A DNA stretch of 64,000 bases from Octopus vulgaris (taxonomy: Eukaryota): positions 16,368,001 through 16,432,000 of the forward strand of contig OX597830.1 of NCBI GenBank assembly GCA_951406725.2, read 5' to 3'. Below, piece by piece: positions 55,561 to 64,000 of the stretch (its first letter is position 1; every line of letters begins with the position of its first letter). A model generated the notes under the pieces. That model did not search any database. It was not told the origin of the DNA and saw nothing but the letters and a program-made list of their open reading frames with translations. The position numbers and the translations under genes were made by a program.

Positions 55561-56334
55561 GACACAGACACACACGTACATATACGTACATATACATACA
55601 TACATACGTACGTGTGTGTATTTGGGTCTGTGTACGCGCGTGTATGTGTGTGTGTGTATTGTATTACATTATATGATATTTTGAATCACTTTTAATTTAG
55701 AATGAGTCGTTTTCTTTATCCTTTATTAATGTATTTCGTTTGGTATATTTTATCAAAATATTCTCATTTTAATGACAGTAAATATATTTCTATAAATTAC
55801 GATGTAAATATATAGATTTCAGATAAATCTAATACGCATAAACGAAAACTATAAAATTGTATAAAAACAGAAGAAACCTATTATATTTTGAATTTTTTTT
55901 TTTTTTTTTCGGAATGAGTTTTTCTTTCTAGCCATTATTTAACGTATTTCCTTTGGCAAATTTTAGCAAAATATTCTCATTTTAATGATAGCAAATATAT
56001 CTCTACAAATTACGAGACCATTTGCTGCAATCCGAAATAGCTCAGTTGGGAAATAATTATCCTGAAGTTCTAAAGGTCCTGGTCAAAATCTTAGCTTTAG
56101 CATGTTCATGCGATTCTATGTTGTTCTCGCATTCAATGTTAATCAAAATGTCTGTATTTGGATTTATTTAAGGATATCGTTGAAGAGGAAGCCTTTTCCG
56201 GTCCCATACGTAGATATCGACGTATAGTCATCACCAAATATCGGTGCATAATCATCATTATATGCATACTCACACATATATGTGTGTATATGTACAAGAT
56301 GGTCCGGAAGTCTTGTTACCCGCTACCAAAAAGT

Positions 56335-56625
56335 TTGTTCCTTCTCGAGCCACGCCTGGCTCATTTTCCCGGTTTTCTTGGCGTATAGGTTCCCCACCTG
56401 GACGGGACGCCGGTCCGTCGCAGGTGAACTGCAAGATGCAGGAGGAAAGAGTGAGTCAAAGTTGTGGCGAAAGGTCAGCAGAAGTTCGCCATTACCTTCT
56501 GCCGGAGCCGCGTGGAGCTTAGATGTTTCGCTCATAAACACACACATCGCCTGGTCTGAGATTCGAACCTGCGATCCCTTGAATACGAGTCCGCTGCTCT
56601 AACTACTAGGCCATGTACCTCCACT
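56335..56625 (-). mobile_element. SINE family S3, diverged, type C-like tail
   Basis: TSD taccaaaaagt. Confidence 0.75.
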
Positions 56626-57074
56626 GTACCAAAAAGTAATGAGAACAATAGAAGAAGAAGTAATACAATAATCCAAAGAACGAACTGGATTTAGTTTACT
56701 CACTTCCATTGACGCTGTCACACATCGAGAAGGTCTGTATGAACACTATCATTTTCGTGGCACAAAATGATGCGGTGCCATGTCCTTTGTGATAATTTTC
56801 GAAGCTGTGCTTTAGTGATTGTTGCAACGGCTCTCCGAACGGCGACCTTCAACTGATGGGTATTCTGGTATTGTTCATGCGAAACTCTTTCCTTGTTAAT
56901 ACCCTACAGAGAGTTATCGCAAGACGTGAGGTCTGGACTTCTGGGAGGCCAATCGACAAGAGCTAGAAGGGCGTTCCGGCTGACCCGATATATTTCCAGG
57001 CTTGGGTGTTGGCTGTGCTAACATTACTGGAGCATCTTCGGTTGGCTCCGTGACTGGAGATGTTGTTGTTGCTA

Positions 57075-57445
57075 CTGTTGAGCGAACGGTCTTCGTCCCA
57101 GAGCTCGCAAGATGGGAGAAGTCCGAAACGTGGTCCTTTGCTATTCGTAAGACTCGCAGAAGAGAAAGCAGGTCAACCCCCGACACCGAGAGCATCGACG
57201 GATGGACGAATGTGCATCCAGGCTCAGCGGTTGCGTAGGAAGTCGGGGACAAGAAACAGGAAGAAAGAGTGAGAGAAAGTTGGAGCGAAAGAGTATAGCA
57301 GAGGTTTCCACCACCCCTGCCGGAGCCTCGTGGAGCTTTAGGTGTTTTCGCTCAATAAACACACACAACGCCCGATCTGGGAATCGAAACCGCGATCCTC
57401 CGATCGCGAGTGCGCTGCCCTAACCATTGGGCCATTGCGTCTCCA
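57075..57445 (-). mobile_element. SINE family S3, tail type B
   Basis: Family blocks. Confidence 0.88.
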
Positions 57446-57779
57446 CTGTTGTTGCCACCAGTGTTGCTTGGACTGCCATTGGTGCTGTTATCATTACGAG
57501 GCATAGGCCCAGCGATATCGCCGTGGCTGTTGTCGTTGTAGTGGTCGTCCCTGGCCGTGGTGTTGGCGCTACTGTCACCGATGGTGATGTGGGTGCCGTC
57601 GTTGATAGCATTGGGCGTGGGGCCGGCAGCCTTGCTGGTGCTGCTTGTACCGGCGTGGTTATCCTCTCCGGCCGTAGTGCTGGTGTTTCTGCTGCTGTTG
57701 CGGTTGCCGATACTGTCGATGTTGTTGAATGATCTTCTATTACTATGGTCGCTAGGTCTGGGTATAACCACAGCCTCAT

Positions 57780-58776
<997 letters not shown>

Positions 58777-58786
58777 TACTTAAGTT

Positions 58787-58832
<46 letters not shown>

Positions 58833-59401
58833 AGTGAACTAAAAATACCGCTTGCTAAAAATCAAAGCGATAGCTTCAAAAAACCACCAATCTTACGATA
58901 AATATACACACGAGCAATGCAAGGAATATCTTTAAAATAGGCTTGCCTTCAGAATGGAATACGAAGATAAATAACACATATCCCAACATCAATTGATTTC
59001 ATGCTTTGCGTGATAAACATGCTCTACAATCATCGGTTGGAAATAGCATTTGACATCTATTTCTAAAATATTCACTGCGTCAACCAGTGTGCATTTCTAA
59101 CTTTAACGTAGTATACTGGTTTTTGTTGCAAGGAGAGTTTTCTTGGATAAATTTGTTACTTTGGGTTTCTCCTCTAAGTTTTGTTCCAACGTGTGTCCCT
59201 GTTTCTATCCACTCGGTCTAAAAGGTGTTTACAATTGTAGGTGATATTAATTAATTAAAATTAATTTATGTCCATTATATCTCTCCATTTTCTTACTTAT
59301 ATATATATTAATAATAATAATATGACAACAAAAGAATGAATGAGGCCTCAATATCATGTAAATAGAAGAATTTATAAATATAATATAGAACAATCAGTTA
59401 G

Positions 59402-59476
59402 TTGTCATAATAAAACTCAGAGTTTCGAATGTCGGAGCTGAAGCCTGCTCCGGCATCTCATCAGTTATTAAGACAA
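59402..59476 (-). ncRNA. Type I hammerhead ribozyme (probable PLE pLTR)
   Basis: Minus strand: TTGTCTTAATAA-CTGATGA-GATGCCGGAGC-AGGCTTCA-GCTCCGACATTC-GAAAC-TCTGA-GTT-TTATTATGACAA; intact core, G10.1-C11.1 pair, 11/12-bp stem I. Confidence 0.75.
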
Positions 59477-60014
59477 AAACAGCAGTTTTGTCTTCATAAC
59501 TGATGAGATGCCGGAGCAGACTTCAGCCCCGGCATGTTTGTATGTATGTATAAAAGAAAATGGGGATTGAAATAAATACAGGCAAATACTTCAAGTAGTC
59601 CATGTAAACAAAATGCGCCAAAGGAGATTCCCAGTCAAGATTACAGTGCCCCAAATAGATTGTAAAATTCGTGTGAGGGGTGCATACTGTAAATCAGCAA
59701 TTAATAGTTTAGTTGTATTAATCACAGAGAATATTAGTAAAGAAATAAAGAAGGAAGCCTACTACAACGAGGCACTGGTGTCCAGCGTTATTCATGCGGT
59801 ATTTTATTCATTTAAGCACGTTTCAAATAATCCGGTGAGCTGAATCCGTTATATATAGTGATTGGCATGCTCAATCGATCCATTAATTGATCGGTTTATC
59901 GACAAATTTACTAACAGTTGTCTCTCATGACATTCTTCTCTCAAAGCTTTAAAAGTAGCTGTTAGATTTTATTTTAGAAGATATACAAAATCGATCTGAA
60001 AGTAAACCTATATT

Positions 60015-60230
60015 GATTTCTAATTTTGGCTCAAGGCCATTCATTTCGTAGGGGGGAAGTAAGTCGATTATATCGATCCAAGTACTCAACTGGTACTTAT
60101 TTTATCGACCTCGAAAGGATAAAAGGCAAAGTCAACCTCGGCAGAATTTGAACTCAGAACATAACGACGAATGAAATTCCACTAAGTATCTTTGCCCGGC
60201 GTGCTAACGCCTCTGCTAGCTCACCGCCTT
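60015..60230 (-). mobile_element. SINE family S2
   Basis: Family blocks. Confidence 0.8.
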
Positions 60231-62603
60231 CTGAAAGCGGACATGTATTGCTTCACTTAACTTAGTAGCCTATAGCGAGCTCATATTCTTGAGAGTAGCT
60301 CGCTAGAAGATGCAGAAGAATTAAATTATATGGCAAGATAATAGCAGTAGTGACTGCTCAATGTCAAAATAAATTCGTATTTAAGTGTGTAGGTTTACCT
60401 AAGTGCAAATCAATTCACAAAAGAAAACAGAATGTACAGTAAAACATCGTCTATTTGGATTGTTAGGGAAATTCAAATTTGCAATCTTTGAATTTAATTA
60501 CATTTAGTAAAATATTTTTTTATTGAAAAAGAAAACAGAAATAAATAAATTGATTAATCAAACTATAATTTAGCGGTTCGGCCAAAGTAACCGATAGAGT
60601 AAGAAACGGTCTTTAAAATACGTCCGTCGACATTTGTCCTGATGTCATCTCTACTCTTCCTCGATCGTAGATTTCTTCTACTTGGCTTGCTTCTCACTTC
60701 TTTATCCAACTCTCAACCGTCATACATGCGTATCACATGTCCGTACGAGTTTCGTCTTTTTGTCTTGTGCACAACACCTGGTGGTTCTTAAGCCTAGGTT
60801 TTATTTCCGTTCATTTATGTCCCATCATTCAATAAGCCTCAAAATAATCCTCAGTAAACCCCCTCAATCCATTCATTATCCCTGTTAATCTCTAATTAGC
60901 TCCGTTTGTGTCAACAGATACGTGCAGGAGTCTATCTGTTCGTCCAAAACACTTCAGACGGTGTCACAGCAATGCTGGGAGTTTGTTATTATATTCCTAA
61001 ATACTTTAGAAAAACACTTTTAACTTTATGATGACTGGTTGTTAGTATTTCAAAACGATAACATCATACAACCACCAAAGGTGAGAAGTCAGCGTGTCTA
61101 CTATCCAGATCAGAATTTTTTCTGCTCGAATAGAAATTCTGAGATAAATGACGTAGTGAATTATGCAGATAACGTCATCTATTTCATCCCCCGCAATTTT
61201 AATTGGTAATCTTACACCAAATGATTTTTCTAATTCAGGTGTTACTGCTGCCTCTCCATAGATAAACTTTCTCAGTTACACTTTTCGTGTAACAGATTTC
61301 TGATATTGTCAGTGATGTTGAAAGCAGGCAATTACCAACCAAGCTATCCAATGTCCAGACACTTCAACATGTAAAGACATCTTAAGTATAAAATCAATCA
61401 CAATAATGAAGAGGAAACGAAATAAAATGCTGCTTTATCCGACGATATTTCAGTCATTTTATTGGTTGATTTTAGGCCGCAGCCTAAGTTTTATATTGTG
61501 ATTTAAGTATGTTGGTTAAAACACAAAGGAAATTCTGTTGTAACGAAATATTTCCTGCTTGGACAAGTATTGAATATTATCAAAGGACATTTTCTTGAGT
61601 TAGCACCATTAATGATTATTTTCCTTTGATCAGTTATGTTAGGCAACATAAAATCTATTATTCCAAGCTTATTTATTCTTCGCAGATACAAAACTCTCAC
61701 TAGAATCCAAAATGTATTGTTTTTATTACAGTTATATGACTGTTTGGTATAATCTGTAAATAAAAACTTCTTCAGAAACACCTTCACTGAATATTAAAAC
61801 GGTCGACAAGAGACTCATCTTCAGATAGCTCGATTTGCTAGTAATGACAGCCAAATGTCCTTGGATCTTCAAACAGCGAAAACATTGACAATGTAGTATT
61901 TGATGTACAAAATGTCGAGATAATCACGTCTGGACTGCTTTTTATCATATACCAAATGTCCCTTGTCCTTTTCATGAGGTTCAACCAGCTGTTATTAACC
62001 TTCACCATTCGTCCCAATGTCTCCCTCGTTCTTCTTCGATCGTAGATTCCTTCTACTTGGCTCACTTAACACTTCTTTATCCAGTTCTCAACATTCATAC
62101 ATACGCATCACAAATCCCTACCAGCTTAGTCTTATTTCTCAAGCACAATACCTGATGGTTCTTAAACTTAGTTTTTATTTCGGCTCATTTATATTCCATC
62201 GTCCAATAAGCCTAAAATAATCTTCACTAAAACCCTGAAGCCCTTCATTATCCCTATGGATCCCTAATTAGTTATATTTGTATCATCAGGTATGAAACAG
62301 CAGGGACAGTTTAGAAATCTATTTCAAAGTGAAAACACAATTTTCGAAACTGGTTAGGTCTTTCAGATTAGGAATTATAATTTCTCATTTGAGAAAGATC
62401 TAGAAAATTGCGTGTCTTCTCTCATTCGTGGGGGCGGCTTGGCTCACTAATATGCTTGTGAACAAATAAAAAAGAGAAAACACTTTAAAATAATTACTGC
62501 TCTTTAGCTTCTAGTCGGGCCTAATCGAACGGGTCCTTGACCAGATGCCTTCTAACCATAACCATCCGGGGTTTCATAATCAGTTGAAGAAATTATTTTA
62601 GTA

Positions 62604-62985
62604 TCTCTTTATATATAAACGGCAAAATGTCTGCGTGTGTGTGTGTGCGTGCATGTCCTTTATACAAATCCATAATTTTTCAGTTAGAGGTCTCGCACTT
62701 TCTATGGTCATTCAAAACCGTCCAAGGGTGGTCATGCACATCTTTACATTTCCCCAGTCACCCCGCAAAGCCATTAAAAAATCAACAGAAGTGACTTTCT
62801 TGTGAATTTTCTATCCAAAACCCACTCAAAATGCCCGAAACTTCATACGCCAATTGAATGCCAGCTTGCTGTATGTGATTGGTCGGAGATTTGGACAGTA
62901 CTCGCGTGTATGTGCGCACGCACGTACGCAGCTGTATATGCATGCGCTAGCACTATGACCCGGCAACGCCGGGTCATAGTACTAG
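62604..62985 (+). mobile_element. Non-autonomous Helitron
   Basis: 5' TC, hairpin actatgacccggc-aac-gccgggtcatagt, 3' CTAG; empty A|T site without TSD in paralog near 30343. Confidence 0.85.
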
Positions 62986-63419
62986 TACATTATATTAAAC
63001 TTTCAGTAGCGTTTTGTTATTACTTTGTAATATAAATGTTTCTTGTTAAAAATATTCATTGCTATATCAATATTTTCGTCTTTGCCAGTCATTTACTCCT
63101 TGACATCTTGCTGAATGAGAGAGATGTTCCTGAGATGTTGGTGTAGGATTTTTTACCCTCATGCCGGATTTGTGAGGCTGGTGCTTTTTTTGCAATAGCA
63201 AACTGACCTCATTTTTCTTGTAGTTTTCTGTTGCAATATCAACCCCTCTTAATCTTCTCTGATTTGTCAAAATATTGTTCTTTTGTATATATTGTAACGA
63301 TATCACATATCATTAGTTAACTATCATCATCTTCTAGAAAGTAAACTTTACTAAAGTACATTTGTTTCATTCAGGATGTCTTGAGTATGTCTGATATTGC
63401 TAAACAAATGAGATGGGTT

Positions 63420-63641
63420 AAACCCTTTCGTTACCGTATTTATTTTGAGATGCCGTGTGTTCCTTTCAATTACTTTTAAATATAACAAAGAACTTAGTAA
63501 AATAACTTAGTTATCATTAAGCTAGTGTTAGGAACATAAATTGTGACTAAGGTTTGATGGAAGATTTTAAATCAAAACTTATGAAAACAAGACATTTGTA
63601 CTCAGAGCCAGAGCCAGTTTCAGCCGGTTTGGTAAAGAAAG
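63420..63641. mobile_element. Possible piggyBac-type MITE
   Basis: Starts ttaa-accctttcgttacc; inserted at the TTAA seen empty in the paralog near 18055; right end degenerate. Confidence 0.45.
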
Positions 63642-64000
63642 TAAGAACAATATTCCATACATGAGTAACTAAACATAATTTTCTTGGCCTTATGAAGTTT
63701 CTATGTTAGTTTTTCATGTCAAGCGTACTTCCTACGTGAACAAAATGAAATTTTCTACACTATCCCCCATCAATTATCTGCATACTCGCTTTGGGGTGGG
63801 GGGTTCGTCTTTGGAACATTTCAATTGATTTCCATCAAGATCACATACATTCTACAATCAATTTTTGTTTAACTACTTTTTCTTCAGATTCGTTAGAATC
63901 CTTCCTTTTATATTTGTATTGATTTATTAGAATTAGCTCTTGGTTAGAACTTTGAACTGTCTACTTATAATAGCTTTCCATTTATTGAACAGGTTCTCAG

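Noticed and set aside
55698-56017. About 100-bp diverged direct repeat (also 47995-48345 and 60640-60910 vs 62030-62290)
   Set aside because: Old local duplications of AT-rich intron DNA with no further signal

Overview
Eukaryotic, AT-rich, repeat-dense genomic DNA; the tRNA-derived SINE families and the heavy microsatellite load suggest a cephalopod (Octopus-like) genome (inference). Almost all ORF-track entries are microsatellite or SINE artefacts. Reading splice sites by hand reveals a 7-coding-exon + strand gene (gene A, CDS 11084-39853). It encodes a 258-aa secreted protein: a signal peptide plus four six-cysteine thyroglobulin type-1 (TY/thyropin) domains, made by internal tandem duplication of a 3-exon, 2-domain module together with its introns. 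Both copies of the second domain keep an RGD motif, and the duplicated exons are far more diverged than the flanking duplicated introns, a pattern typical of toxin or defence genes. A tandem paralog (gene B) begins at 51856 and runs off the window. The rest is SINEs, a telomere-repeat-carrying MITE with 8-bp TSDs, mariner, Helitron, Penelope, RTE, R4/Dong and Gypsy remnants, and at least two minimal hammerhead-ribozyme motifs. All identities were counted by eye; no database searches were run.
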